DNA from: a candidate division FCPU426 bacterium
GTDB lineage: Bacteria > Oederibacteriota > Muellerivitia > Muellerivitales > Muellerivitaceae
Reading direction: 5' to 3'
Length of the DNA: 64,000 nucleotides
Assembly (NCBI GenBank): GCA_963796105.1
Contig: CAWCKJ010000003.1
Location: 828,630 to 892,629, forward strand
The position numbers and the translations under genes were made by a program. The notes below the pieces were generated by a model. That model was not told the origin of the DNA. It saw nothing but the letters and a program-made list of their open reading frames with translations, and made no database searches. Numbering within the stretch: position 1 is the stretch's first letter; each line of letters starts with the position of its first letter. Positions 8,650 to 19,102 of the stretch are shown piece after piece.

Positions 8650-10833
8650 ATGGCAAGTGATGTCCCAGCTAAGCAAAAGCATATCAAGGCCGTAACCCTT
8701 TCCAACCAGGAAAGGATTATCCTCGCGAGCGAAAAAACCAGCGCGAGACTCCTGATGGTAGATTTTTTCAAAGATGTACTCACCTCCGCCGTCAACTCGG
8801 ACAGCCGGGGGTTTCTCCAGAAGATCGTGTTATCGCTCAGGGAAAATTACTCGGACAAGCTGATTGACACTCTCAAGGAAGCCATCAGTTTCGGCGGGAT
8901 CTCGAAGGATTGCGCCATCGACGCGAACAAGATCAACGAGCATTTGACAGGCACCCCCCCAAAACACGATGGACTTGGAACTGAGGAATTCTGCCAGCAG
9001 GCTTTGGCCTATCTTGAGTGGAAAAAAGACAACGACGGGGTCATGATGCAGCTGTTCCGTGACGTTTATGTTCATGACCGCGGGTTGAAAAAAGGAATAT
9101 TACTGGAAGTGTCGATGGAGGCCGGTTCCCTTCTCGTACAGCAGGAAGCCGCGCAGGCAAAGCCATCCCGTCTCGACCCGCAGGAAACCGTCAAGGCCTT
9201 TATCCTGGACAACGTCAGAATGTTCGCCGAGGCGGAACAGGACAAAATAGAAGACATCAAGAATATGATGCGGTCTCTTTGGCCCGGGCTCTCAGGGGAC
9301 ATCGCCAACACCGACCTATTCCGGAAGCTGGACGGAAAACTGGATAAGGTGGATAAGGAGCAGGTGCATTATTGGAACGGCTATCTGGGCCTGACGATCG
9401 CGGGCGTGAATGACGGTAAACCCCTCTGGTTCGATTGCCGCTCGCAGGACCAAACCAAGGAAGCCTCCGCCAAAAGGGAGAAAGAAAACGAGCTCTTGAT
9501 GGCTCATTTGAACGAGAGCCACCTGCGGGAGCTGGCCGAGACGGAACAAGCGCCGGGTGACGAACCATCCAGGCCCGATGACAGCAAAGTTTACTATGGG
9601 GCAGGTCACAAAGTGAATTGCCGCGAGCCGATCCGCCTGCAGGACAGCACCAAACTTAGCGACTTGAGGATACGGGCGACTTATGAGGCCCCTAAACCGC
9701 AGGGCCTCAAGGGCAAGGTCGATTACTATAAGTTTATATATCCGATTCTCCCCCCCTATAACGACCCGGAGTTCAAGCAAGTCCTGGGCTACAACGAGCT
9801 TCTGGTGGGTTTGTTCGTAGATGAGAAAAGCCACAACGATGTGTTCTTTCTGGTTCGGACCAGGAGCGAGTTCGACTTTTTATTAAAAAACTACCGGGCT
9901 TATAAGTTTGAAAAACTCCTGGTCTGCGAATACGACATGGCATTGCGAAACTCCCTGCCTCCGAATGTCCTGAAGGATCTAAGGGTGATTATCGTGGAAA
10001 GAACGAGGTCGTTTCTCACCCAAAACAGGGGGAAAACTGACGCCATCTTAGCCGCCCTGAAAACCGGAAAGGGGGATGAAACACTCGCAGCTGTCATCGA
10101 GTACATCAAGGCCCAGCTTCCTCCTGACGGCAGACTGGCCTACGACCTGCGCAACAGCTTGAAAAAGGTCCTTTTGGAAAAACCCCGCATCCAACCGGCC
10201 AAGCAGGAGCTTCAAACCCATCAAGTGATCCAGGATAAACTTCTCATCCAGACCCAAAACGAGGTCAAAACGAACCAAACAGCCCAGAGGATCCAAGCTT
10301 TCAAGGCGAGATTAGCGGCCCAAGTCAAACTGACCCTTCAGGCCAAAAAGGCTCTTGATATTTATACCGCGCCATTCATCGAGCTGGTGACCCAAGCCTA
10401 TCAGGCCCGCCAGTTGCAGCCAAAACCCGCGCAACCAGCCGGTTCCAAAGGAAAACCATCCCCCCCGCCGCCCGCTGTCACATCCATCCAATCCCCGTTC
10501 CATTGGGAGACAGTCCTTCCCTGGGACAAGCTGGCCCAGATCGCCGAGAGTCTCGCGGAAAAGGCGAAAGCGGAAATGCCCGGCGAGAAGATCGTGTTGA
10601 TCCTTCCCGAGGGCAACAAATACATTAACGATCGGCACCTTGAGGATCTCATAACATTTCTTTACGACCTCACCATTAAAACCATCCGGGACCCAATCGC
10701 AAAGTTTTCCAATGTCATGGCGGAATCCCTATCAGACTACTTGGCTTCATTGGATGAGAACAACCGGCAGCAGATGATCGACGCTCTGGCAAGGCTCGCG
10801 GAGGAAATGACGCCGGTGGAACAACGGGGTTAA
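8650..10833 (+). CDS. hypothetical cytoplasmic protein (orphan, 727 aa)
   Basis: Long uninterrupted ORF with GGGGGA upstream of the ATG. No signal peptide, TM segment, Walker motif or other catalytic motif that I can recognise. Gln-rich coiled-coil-like stretch and a Pro-rich linker near residue 600. Confidence 0.6.
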   Translation: MASDVPAKQKHIKAVTLSNQERIILASEKTSARLLMVDFFKDVLTSAVNSDSRGFLQKIVLSLRENYSDKLIDTLKEAISFGGISKDCAIDANKINEHLTGTPPKHDGLGTEEFCQQALAYLEWKKDNDGVMMQLFRDVYVHDRGLKKGILLEVSMEAGSLLVQQEAAQAKPSRLDPQETVKAFILDNVRMFAEAEQDKIEDIKNMMRSLWPGLSGDIANTDLFRKLDGKLDKVDKEQVHYWNGYLGLTIAGVNDGKPLWFDCRSQDQTKEASAKREKENELLMAHLNESHLRELAETEQAPGDEPSRPDDSKVYYGAGHKVNCREPIRLQDSTKLSDLRIRATYEAPKPQGLKGKVDYYKFIYPILPPYNDPEFKQVLGYNELLVGLFVDEKSHNDVFFLVRTRSEFDFLLKNYRAYKFEKLLVCEYDMALRNSLPPNVLKDLRVIIVERTRSFLTQNRGKTDAILAALKTGKGDETLAAVIEYIKAQLPPDGRLAYDLRNSLKKVLLEKPRIQPAKQELQTHQVIQDKLLIQTQNEVKTNQTAQRIQAFKARLAAQVKLTLQAKKALDIYTAPFIELVTQAYQARQLQPKPAQPAGSKGKPSPPPPAVTSIQSPFHWETVLPWDKLAQIAESLAEKAKAEMPGEKIVLILPEGNKYINDRHLEDLITFLYDLTIKTIRDPIAKFSNVMAESLSDYLASLDENNRQQMIDALARLAEEMTPVEQRG

Positions 10834-11220
10834 CCGCGCATTTTCAAGTTCCCCATCGATCCTTTGGCGCGTTGGGAAAACCTCATCCTGAAGTTTTAAA
10901 ATAACCTCCCGAAATAAAAGCCAATCCCTGAATCCCCCTTAAAACAATGAAAAAATCAAAAAGTGCACAAACACAGTCTTTGTCCCAGGGCCTTTTTCCC
11001 ATAAATAGAGTTCAAGCATTAAGTTTTTTGTTCAAGGTGAAATTCGGGCTCAAAAGATGATAGTCGTATCAATTTAAGGACCATATAATAAACGGCGAAA
11101 TCAGGGCCTTATCCAGTTCTCTCTATATATTAAAAAATTTTTTCAAAGTCCTATTTGTTTTAATAACAACTGTTTAAATCTTATCCAAATCAACATTTAT
11201 AAAATTCCGGGGGTGTTTTA

Positions 11221-13299
11221 ATGCCGAAATGGGCTTCAACTAGTGGACCCATGCTTTTAAGGTGTTTAATTGCCCTGGCGTTCCTTCATATGATGACACC
11301 GTCCCTTTCCTGGTGCGCCTCCAAAACCATCATTGAGGATGACTCAGCCGATGATGTCGAGGAGGCTTCCACTCCCACCGTTCCGGATGACAACTTATCT
11401 AAACACCTGGAAGCCCTTCACAACACCGAGGTGGTTTACAACGCCTCCGACAAAGAGAAAAAAACCACGGAAGCCGTCGGGTCCACCACTATCGTGACTT
11501 CCACGGAAATCAAGGTTGGAGGATTCCGCACCTTGGATGACCTCCTGAATTACGTCCGTGGTTTTTTCGTGACCTATGACCGCGATTATAGTTACGTGGG
11601 TCTCCGGGGTTTTGGAAGCCTGGGAGGCTATAACTCGCGGATCCTGCTGATGGTGGATGGCCACAAGATCAACGACAATATCTACGGCCAGTTTTACTCT
11701 GGACATGACGCCCCAATCGACATGGATATGGTGGACCATGTCGAGATCATCCGCGGTCCCGCCTCCGTCCTGAATGGTAACTCCGCCGTATTCGGGATCA
11801 TCAATTTGATCACGAAAAAAGGAAAGGACATCAATGGGATCATCCTGTCCACCCAAGGTGGAAGCTTAAACACAATTGGGGGAGGAGCTCTTTATGGCGG
11901 GATAACGGATTCAGGTTTTCAATGGTCCGCGCAAGGCTCGGCCTATTACAGCGGCGGTAACTCCAGCCTTTATTATCCCGAATACGACGACCCTTCCACC
12001 AATAACGGTATAGCCCTTAATTGCGACGGTGAAAACAGCCAGCATGGTTTCCTTAACCTTGGGATCGATGATTGGATGTTCGAGACTGCAATCATGCACC
12101 GAAGCAAAACAATTCCAACGGGTGTCTATGAAACCGCATTCAACAACCCGGGCACATACACTGACGACACTGATTTTTTCGCTGAAATTGCCTACCGCCA
12201 AGGCGATCCGGAGAGCGGACAGTGGCTGGGCCGCCTTCATTTGGATGTCGCCGACTATACCGGTCATTACTTGTCAACGGGCACCCTTGTTCCCAATATT
12301 GATATTGGCGACGGGGCCTGGTGCGGCGCCGAACTGCAATATGCCTTTATCCCATTCTCACGCAACAAGTTCACTGTGGGCGGCGAGTTCGTGGATAATT
12401 TCCAGCAATATCAGCAAAATTATGATTTGGGCGGCGCCACATATTTGGATGATAACCGCCAATCCACCCAAGAGTCCTTGTATGCCCAGGACGAAATAAG
12501 GCTTTTGCCGAATTTGCTCCTGAACGCCGGGGGGCGTTACGAATATTTTTCGGTATCCGGGGGTCAATTCGTACCTCGTGGAGCGTTGATCTGGCAGCCT
12601 TGCCGGGAAACCGTCATGAAACTCATCGCCGGGGAGGCCTTCAGGGCTCCTGATGCTTTTGAGCTTTATTACTCCGATAACGGAAACAGCCAGGTGGCCA
12701 ATCCTGATTTGAAGAATGAATCATTTGAGACTTACGAATTCGACTGGGAACAAACTTTCGAGACTAATCACCGTGTTCTCCTTTCCCTCTATCATTACGT
12801 CGGTGAAAACCTGATTCTGATGGTTCCCGTCACCATCAACTCCGAGTTGGATATCAATGAGAATATCGGTCACGTCTCCCTGAATGGGCTAGAAATGGAA
12901 TATCAATACCAGAACGCGGGCGGCATCCAAGGACGGGTGAGTTGGGCCTACCAACGGGCCCAAGACGATATCACTGGCCAAGTTCTCCCTGATTCCCCTC
13001 AAAACCTTGGCAAGGCCAGCCTGCAAGTCCCTCTTGACGCTAAGCACCTTACAATAGCTGGGGAGTGCCAATTTACCGCGGCCAGTTACGGTTTTAACGG
13101 TGTTTGGGCCCCTGATTACACTCTTTTCAATTTGAAGCTTTATGCCCCACATTTCATTTGGGAAAACATGGAAGCGAATTTGGATTTCTATAATTTATTC
13201 GACACGAGGTATTACCAGCCGGTCGCGAACGAATTTAAACAGTTAACGCTTCAACAAGATGGGCTCGTGATCTGGGGCAAATTGGCTTACAAGTTGTGA
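11221..13299 (+). CDS. TonB-dependent outer-membrane receptor
   Basis: 692 aa. Signal peptide, a plug domain (LDDLLNYVRGFFV, LRGFG, LLMVDGHKIND, VEIIRGPASVLNGNSAVFGIINLITKKG) and a long beta-barrel ending in an aromatic/aliphatic terminus. Confidence 0.85.
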   Translation: MPKWASTSGPMLLRCLIALAFLHMMTPSLSWCASKTIIEDDSADDVEEASTPTVPDDNLSKHLEALHNTEVVYNASDKEKKTTEAVGSTTIVTSTEIKVGGFRTLDDLLNYVRGFFVTYDRDYSYVGLRGFGSLGGYNSRILLMVDGHKINDNIYGQFYSGHDAPIDMDMVDHVEIIRGPASVLNGNSAVFGIINLITKKGKDINGIILSTQGGSLNTIGGGALYGGITDSGFQWSAQGSAYYSGGNSSLYYPEYDDPSTNNGIALNCDGENSQHGFLNLGIDDWMFETAIMHRSKTIPTGVYETAFNNPGTYTDDTDFFAEIAYRQGDPESGQWLGRLHLDVADYTGHYLSTGTLVPNIDIGDGAWCGAELQYAFIPFSRNKFTVGGEFVDNFQQYQQNYDLGGATYLDDNRQSTQESLYAQDEIRLLPNLLLNAGGRYEYFSVSGGQFVPRGALIWQPCRETVMKLIAGEAFRAPDAFELYYSDNGNSQVANPDLKNESFETYEFDWEQTFETNHRVLLSLYHYVGENLILMVPVTINSELDINENIGHVSLNGLEMEYQYQNAGGIQGRVSWAYQRAQDDITGQVLPDSPQNLGKASLQVPLDAKHLTIAGECQFTAASYGFNGVWAPDYTLFNLKLYAPHFIWENMEANLDFYNLFDTRYYQPVANEFKQLTLQQDGLVIWGKLAYKL

Positions 13300-13379
13300 G
13301 GCAAGATGAAGAGCGGGGATAAAGCGGGATGGGGTACTTTTGATTTTTTCACCGACGGTTTAAGGAAGAGGTTTCATCC

Positions 13380-14108
13380 GTGAAAAACGCGAAGCTATTC
13401 TTATTAACGGTTCTATTGGCGCTATCCGGCTCGGCTTATAGCGCGAATATTTCGGAATATTCGCTCAAAGCCACCTACCTTTCCAATTTCGCCGAACTTG
13501 TGAAATGGCCAAAATCCGCGTTTACCGATAATACCTCGCCGATCGTCTTGGGTATTCTGGGAGAAGACCCATTTGGGACCACAATAGATGAAACAGTCAC
13601 GGGCAAAACCGTGGGAGGCCGTTCCTTGATCGTGAAGCGTTTTAACAATTTCACGGAGGATCAATTGGCCGAAATAAAAAATTGCCAAATCCTATTCATC
13701 GCCGATTCGGAACAGGACAACATCAGGGAAATCCTGTCAAATTTGAAAGATACCGCGTTGCTGACCGTCTCTGAAATCAACCGCTTCCCCATGATGGGGG
13801 GAATGATCAGTTTCACGCAGGAAGGCGACATCATCGGGCTGGTCGTGAATCAAAAAACGGCCATAAAAGCAGGATTGAAAATCAGTCCCCAATTGCTGAA
13901 GGTCGCGAAACTTTATATGCAGGTGAACGCCTCGAAAGTCAGGACACTTTATTACGAGGGGATCCAGCTTTACCTCAACGGGGAGATCAAGGCAGCCATC
14001 AAGAAGTGGAAGGAATGCCTGGACGAAGACCCGGGATACATCGACGCTAAAGAGAAAATTTCCAAGGCCAGAGCCAAGCTTAAAGCTCTCACAAGCATCA
14101 GCGAATAA
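13380..14108 (+). CDS. YfiR-family (DUF4154) periplasmic protein with C-terminal TPR-like extension
   Basis: 242 aa with a GTG start. Signal peptide and conserved DUF4154 blocks (EYSLKATYLSNFAELVKWP, ILGILGEDPFG, CQILFIADSE, LLTVSE, GGMISF, GLKISPQLLKVAKL). Confidence 0.7.
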   Translation: MKNAKLFLLTVLLALSGSAYSANISEYSLKATYLSNFAELVKWPKSAFTDNTSPIVLGILGEDPFGTTIDETVTGKTVGGRSLIVKRFNNFTEDQLAEIKNCQILFIADSEQDNIREILSNLKDTALLTVSEINRFPMMGGMISFTQEGDIIGLVVNQKTAIKAGLKISPQLLKVAKLYMQVNASKVRTLYYEGIQLYLNGEIKAAIKKWKECLDEDPGYIDAKEKISKARAKLKALTSISE

Positions 14109-14190
14109 ATCACCTCATCCTCTTAAGCACAGGAATAATCGCGTCTCTTCTCTTGTTCTTGTCCGGCCTTTTCCATTTTAGCTTTTAGTT

Positions 14191-15759
14191 TTATTCAACA
14201 ACACCCGCGTCTGTGGGCGGATGGTGGAGGGGCCTGTTCGGGAGGAAAAAACCCATAAAAACCCCCATCATGCACAAGGCGCCCCCGAACATAAAAGCGT
14301 CTTGATATCCATGAACCAGGGCTCCTTGGACGACGGACTTTCCCATCACCGTCTGGGCGAACATCCGCGCGTCAAGGTGGTTGAGGCCCAACCCTTTCGC
14401 GTGAATCATCAATCCCGAGACAGCTCGGTTGACGGCGGAGCTTGATATCTGCATTCCAGATCCCATGACCCCCAAGTGGTAAACAGCGCGGTGGCTGAAA
14501 ACGGTAGCCAGAAGCGCGATGCCGATGGATCCCCCGACTTGCATGGTGATGTTCATGAGGCTGGAGGCCATGGGAATTTCCTTGTGCTCCACCGCGTTCA
14601 TGGCGGCGGCAGTCATGGGGGCCATCAGGAGGCCCATACCCACGCCTCGGATCAACGTCGGCCAAATGACGTCCCACAAGCTCATGGAAGGATCGATATT
14701 GCGGTATTCCCACATGAACCAGGTGGTGAGGAGCATCCCAATAACGGTGGGGATTCGAGGGCCAATGGAATCACTGATTTTGCCTGAGATGGGCATGATG
14801 AGAGAGACGACCAGGGCCCCCGGCAACATGGCCAAACCTGTTTGAATCTCGTTAAGCCCCATCATTCTTTGCAGGAAAAGGGGTATCAGGAAGAGACCCC
14901 CGAAAAGAGCCACCGAGCGCATGAGGCCCAAGATCATTGTGATAGTGAAAACCCCGTGTCTGAAAACCTTGAGGTTGATAATGGGTTCTTGCACCACGTT
15001 TTCCACCAACATGAACAGCACGAAACCAATCAGGCTCAAAAAAGCGCACCAGAAAATATATTCCGAGTTCCAGCCTTTGGACTCCCCCTTGGAAAGCCCC
15101 AAGAGAAACGCCACTAGGAAAAGGGTCATGGAAAAAAATCCCATGTAGTCAAAGGTCTCCCGGGCGTGCTCGGATTTTCGGTCCTTTCGAAGGATTTCGA
15201 TGGCCATGAGGACGGCGAAAATGCCCACCGGCAGGTTCACCAGGAAGATGGATCGCCAACCGAAGTCGTGAGTAAGCCATCCCCCCAGGGTGGGACCGAT
15301 GGTGGGTCCCATGATGACGCCCATGCCCCAGAAGCCCATGGCTTTCCCCCGCTCCCGCGGTGGAAAAACATCCGAGATCATGGCCATGCCCGTGGGATTG
15401 ATCGCGCCTCCCCCCAGGGCCTGCAGGATGCGGGCGGTGATGAGGGATGGAAGATTCCAGGCCAAGCCGCACATCAGCGACCCGCCGGTAAACAGGATCA
15501 AGCTGTAAATGAAGATTCGTTTGTAGCCGATATGGTCGCGCAGCCAGCCTGTCATGGGCATCAACACGGCGAAGGCCAGCATATAGCCTGTCATAACCCA
15601 TTCGATGTCATCCACGTCCACGCCGAAGTCGGCCATGATGTTTGGGATGGACACGTTCACGATGCTGCTGTCCATCACGGCCATGAAAGTGCCGATCATG
15701 ACGACCAGCAAAACCCACCATTTGTAGGATTGGTCAGCCTCGACGGCGGGAGCTTCCAT
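14191..15759 (-). CDS. MFS drug/H+ antiporter, DHA2 (EmrB/QacA) family
   Basis: 522 aa and about 14 TM segments. N-terminus is typical of the family (WWVLLVVMIGTFMAVMDSSIVNVSIPNI, GWLRDHIGYKRIF). Confidence 0.9.
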   Translation of the reverse strand: MEAPAVEADQSYKWWVLLVVMIGTFMAVMDSSIVNVSIPNIMADFGVDVDDIEWVMTGYMLAFAVLMPMTGWLRDHIGYKRIFIYSLILFTGGSLMCGLAWNLPSLITARILQALGGGAINPTGMAMISDVFPPRERGKAMGFWGMGVIMGPTIGPTLGGWLTHDFGWRSIFLVNLPVGIFAVLMAIEILRKDRKSEHARETFDYMGFFSMTLFLVAFLLGLSKGESKGWNSEYIFWCAFLSLIGFVLFMLVENVVQEPIINLKVFRHGVFTITMILGLMRSVALFGGLFLIPLFLQRMMGLNEIQTGLAMLPGALVVSLIMPISGKISDSIGPRIPTVIGMLLTTWFMWEYRNIDPSMSLWDVIWPTLIRGVGMGLLMAPMTAAAMNAVEHKEIPMASSLMNITMQVGGSIGIALLATVFSHRAVYHLGVMGSGMQISSSAVNRAVSGLMIHAKGLGLNHLDARMFAQTVMGKSVVQGALVHGYQDAFMFGGALCMMGVFMGFFLPNRPLHHPPTDAGVVE

Positions 15760-15761
15760 GC

Positions 15762-16643
15762 TTATCTTGTCCGGATACTGATCTCAACCGATTGGCCAAC
15801 GCGTAAAACTCGGCCCGGGTGCGGATCAAGGACCACCTTGATGGCGACCCTCTGGACCTGCTTGGTGAAATTGCCGGAACCGTTATCGGCCGGAATCAAG
15901 GCGAACTGGGCGGCCACGGCCTGCCTGATTTCAGAAACTTTTCCCGTCAAGTTCCCTCCCTCGTCCACGGAAATCTTGACTGATTGGCCGGCCTTCACTC
16001 CACCCACTTTTGTTTCCTCGATATTGGATGCCACCCAGGCATGCACCAGGTCGGCCACAGCGAAGACGCTTTGCCCGGTTTCAAGCATATTTCCGACTTC
16101 AGCGGTCTTCTGGACCACAATGCCGTCCAGGGGGCTCTTGATGTAGGTTCTTTCCACCGCCAGACGGGCCAGATCGTCATCCGTTTGCGCCGCGCGGAAA
16201 TCCTGCAATGCCGAGTCCAATTGCTGTTGGGGCGCGGCCCTGCCGGCCACAAGCCGGTTGAGGCGCTGATATTGAATCTCCGCGAGGGTCTTTCTCGCCT
16301 CAGCTTTGGCGAACAGGGCGTTCGCCTGGGTGTGATCCAGCTCGGCTAAAACCATCCCGACGGTGACGGAAGTCCCCTCGGTGGCGTAAACAGATACCAG
16401 CGGACCAGCCGCGCCCTCGTTGGAAAGACGCACGAGAGTGGCGTCAATGCGTGCGTCATCAGTGGAAACATAGGGATGGAAGAAAAACCACCAAACCAAG
16501 AATCCCGCGAGGACGACGACCAATGAAACCCGGAATGTAGCTTTGGACCTGGGATGTTTCCACCAGTCCGCTGGCCGGTTTCCATTCGAAAAATTTTCCT
16601 GCCCATTGGATTGGGATGTTGGGGAGTTGTTTTGAGTTGTCAC
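15762..16643 (-). CDS. HlyD/EmrA-family membrane fusion protein
   Basis: 293 aa. One N-terminal TM helix, the lipoyl/hairpin pattern (YVSTDDARIDA, coiled coil, IKSPLDGIV), and its stop lies 3 nt upstream of the MFS gene start. Confidence 0.85.
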   Translation of the reverse strand: MTTQNNSPTSQSNGQENFSNGNRPADWWKHPRSKATFRVSLVVVLAGFLVWWFFFHPYVSTDDARIDATLVRLSNEGAAGPLVSVYATEGTSVTVGMVLAELDHTQANALFAKAEARKTLAEIQYQRLNRLVAGRAAPQQQLDSALQDFRAAQTDDDLARLAVERTYIKSPLDGIVVQKTAEVGNMLETGQSVFAVADLVHAWVASNIEETKVGGVKAGQSVKISVDEGGNLTGKVSEIRQAVAAQFALIPADNGSGNFTKQVQRVAIKVVLDPHPGRVLRVGQSVEISIRTR

Positions 16644-16907
16644 TGCGCTTGTCCTTTATTTATTCATCATTGATCATAAAACATAAAACCATTCCGAAAT
16701 GAATCGTGGGCGATTCCCTTTTCAAGACCGGCATTCTACTCTTTATGCGATATTTAGCAAATTGCCGTTCTTTCATTAGAAGTAACCCAAAACATTGAGG
16801 TTCGGTTAAATAAGCAATATAGTAAATTTAGAAATTGGTTCAGAATGATTAACGTATTTGGCAAATCTTAATTCATTCTTCAACCCGGGCTTAAGGATAA
16901 CAAAAAA

Positions 16908-19088
16908 ATGCCAATGTTAGATGTTTTAAGAAACCGGGCATGGAAATTCTTTTGGCCCGTCTTTTACCTCGCAATGTGGGAAATCTTGTTGCGAGCGCAA
17001 AACCCAGGCCTGATGACCGATGACAGCGGTGAGATCGCAACAGCCTCGATCTGCCTGGGAATCGGGCATGCCCCGGGCTATCCTCTTTATATTCTGATTT
17101 CGCGGCTTGCCGGCCTTCTGCCGGTCGGCACCCCGGTTTTCAGGCTGAATCTCCTAGCGTCTCTATTTACCTTATTGGCTATCCATTTGACCCTTGTGGC
17201 CTGCCGCAAGCTTCACAAAGAATCCAGTGATACCCTGCCTATAATTCAACAAGAATTGTGGTTGGTGTTCACTGCCTTCTCATTGTTGTTCTGTGAGAGT
17301 GTATTTGCCCAGAGCCTTACCGCTAAGGGTGGGATTTACACCTTTACGTTGATGAACTTCGCCCTGATGCTCTGGGCTTGTTCCGCCGCGGAATCGGACA
17401 GGTGGATTCTCTGGGTTTTGTTCATTTGGTCGGTCGGAATGGGATCCCATTGGCCCTTCCAGGTTATATTCTTAATCATGTTGCTTATCCGCTATGGGCC
17501 GAAAATCTCGAATCAATCTCCGCCTAAAATCTTTCACGGGCTGTCTTTCACAATAATAGGTTTTTCCTCATTCCTTTATCTTCCCTTGCGGGCCGCGAAA
17601 TCCCCCCCTTTGAATTGGGAAAACCCCCGAACCCTTGAGGCCTTTTGGTCCATTGTCTCCAGAAGGTATTTCACCGCGGGTGAATTCGCCAGCCGCAGCC
17701 AGGGCGAATGGGTACGGAACATCCTCGAATTCCTGAAAGTAATGGGTCTGCATTGGTGGCCCGGTTTAGTCCTGCTGGGAATAGCGGGTGCCTGGTTCCT
17801 TTTCCGCCAGCGGCCAGCCTTGGCAGCGGCTTATCTTGGTTGTTACGCGGTCCTTGTGGCCGCCATTATCCGTGTCACTCATTTCGACACAAGCACTCTT
17901 TATTTGGAAACAAATTATCTCGTATGTACCCAGGCCTTACCAGCCTTGCTAGCTTACATCGGGGCGGCGTCCCTGACAAACCGATGGCTGTGTTCCCTGC
18001 CAAAATTGGCGTCAGGTGTCGCCCTGACGGCCGTCTTCGCGGCCGCCTGCTGGGGTTATTTGGTTTTCGACCGCCAGCAAAAATCTTCTTATACAATCGC
18101 GGAGGATCTCGGCGTCAATTTGCTCAAGGAACTTCCAAAGGATTCCCTGGTCATGTTGGACACGGATGTGACAATCATGCCAGGACTCTACCAGAGGTAT
18201 ATCCAAGGCAAGAGGCCTGATGTAGCGATGATTTTCCTCCCTTTCATCCAATCCAATTGGGGTTTTGCTCAGGCCGTGGCTGAAAACAAGGATCGAATAA
18301 ATCCAAAGGGTTCAGTCAGGAGTTTCCAGGATGCCGTGCGAATTTTCATGGATCCCAGCCGAACCATGTGCTCAGCCTTTTTCTACGCGTCCTATAAGCA
18401 GACTCTTGAACAGGCTGGGTTGGGAGACCTGGCTGGACGTCTTAAACCATGGGGCTTGAGTTATCGGCTTAGTACGGAATCGCAGGAACCAGAACAAATT
18501 TCTTCCGAGGTTTGGCATATTACTTCAAGGCACCGGTTGAGGAATATTGACACTGTAAAGAACCTTCCAGAAACCGAGTTCACGTGTCAGGTTTACCGGA
18601 ATGATTACGCCCGCCCCCACTTGGAGGCTGGCTACCTTCTTTTAAAAAACGGGTTTCTCTATGACGCTGTCCGGCAATATCAAAAAGCCTTGTTGATTTT
18701 TCCGGACGTGCGGGGTGTTTACCTAAATTTAGCCTTGTATTTCGAAGGGGCCGGTTATCTGGATATGGCTGAGGTTTTTTGTGAAAAGGAAATGACGGTC
18801 GCCCCTGATTCGGCGGATGCCCTGGAAACCCGCGGGGATATCCTCATGAAACTGGGGGCTTGGCGCAATGCCGCGGACACTTATGGACTTTGTCTGAAAA
18901 TCAACCCTGGTTCAAGCAACGCCCGGATCAATCAGGAAATCGCTATGGGCAAATTAACCGCCACCCCTCCCGCCATTCTCCCGCCCAGAAAGAGTGCGGA
19001 CGAATACAACGTCCTTGGAAAGAAATTTCAACAAGATGGCCAGGATATGCTCGCTTCAGTAGCTTTTGAGACAGCCCGAAAGAATTAG
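16908..19088 (+). CDS. DUF2723 (TMEM260-like, GT-C type) membrane protein with C-terminal TPR repeats
   Basis: 726 aa. N-terminal motif DDSGEIATASICLGIGHAPGYPLYILISRLAG is typical of DUF2723. About 10 TM helices, then a soluble TPR-like C-terminus. Confidence 0.75.
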   Translation: MPMLDVLRNRAWKFFWPVFYLAMWEILLRAQNPGLMTDDSGEIATASICLGIGHAPGYPLYILISRLAGLLPVGTPVFRLNLLASLFTLLAIHLTLVACRKLHKESSDTLPIIQQELWLVFTAFSLLFCESVFAQSLTAKGGIYTFTLMNFALMLWACSAAESDRWILWVLFIWSVGMGSHWPFQVIFLIMLLIRYGPKISNQSPPKIFHGLSFTIIGFSSFLYLPLRAAKSPPLNWENPRTLEAFWSIVSRRYFTAGEFASRSQGEWVRNILEFLKVMGLHWWPGLVLLGIAGAWFLFRQRPALAAAYLGCYAVLVAAIIRVTHFDTSTLYLETNYLVCTQALPALLAYIGAASLTNRWLCSLPKLASGVALTAVFAAACWGYLVFDRQQKSSYTIAEDLGVNLLKELPKDSLVMLDTDVTIMPGLYQRYIQGKRPDVAMIFLPFIQSNWGFAQAVAENKDRINPKGSVRSFQDAVRIFMDPSRTMCSAFFYASYKQTLEQAGLGDLAGRLKPWGLSYRLSTESQEPEQISSEVWHITSRHRLRNIDTVKNLPETEFTCQVYRNDYARPHLEAGYLLLKNGFLYDAVRQYQKALLIFPDVRGVYLNLALYFEGAGYLDMAEVFCEKEMTVAPDSADALETRGDILMKLGAWRNAADTYGLCLKINPGSSNARINQEIAMGKLTATPPAILPPRKSADEYNVLGKKFQQDGQDMLASVAFETARKN

Positions 19089-19102
19089 GTGTTAATCAAA
19101 CC

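Noticed and set aside
10834-11220. Possible riboswitch (e.g. cobalamin) upstream of the TonB-dependent receptor.
   Set aside because: I could not find a B12-box-like or other conserved riboswitch core by eye. The region is simply AT-rich. A covariance-model scan would be needed to change this call.
15166-16146. 326-aa ORF on the plus strand spanning the MFS/HlyD junction, plus other antisense ORFs (14221-15508).
   Set aside because: It is fully antisense to two genes with strong family signatures. The translation is His/Gly/Asp-rich low-complexity sequence with no recognisable motif.
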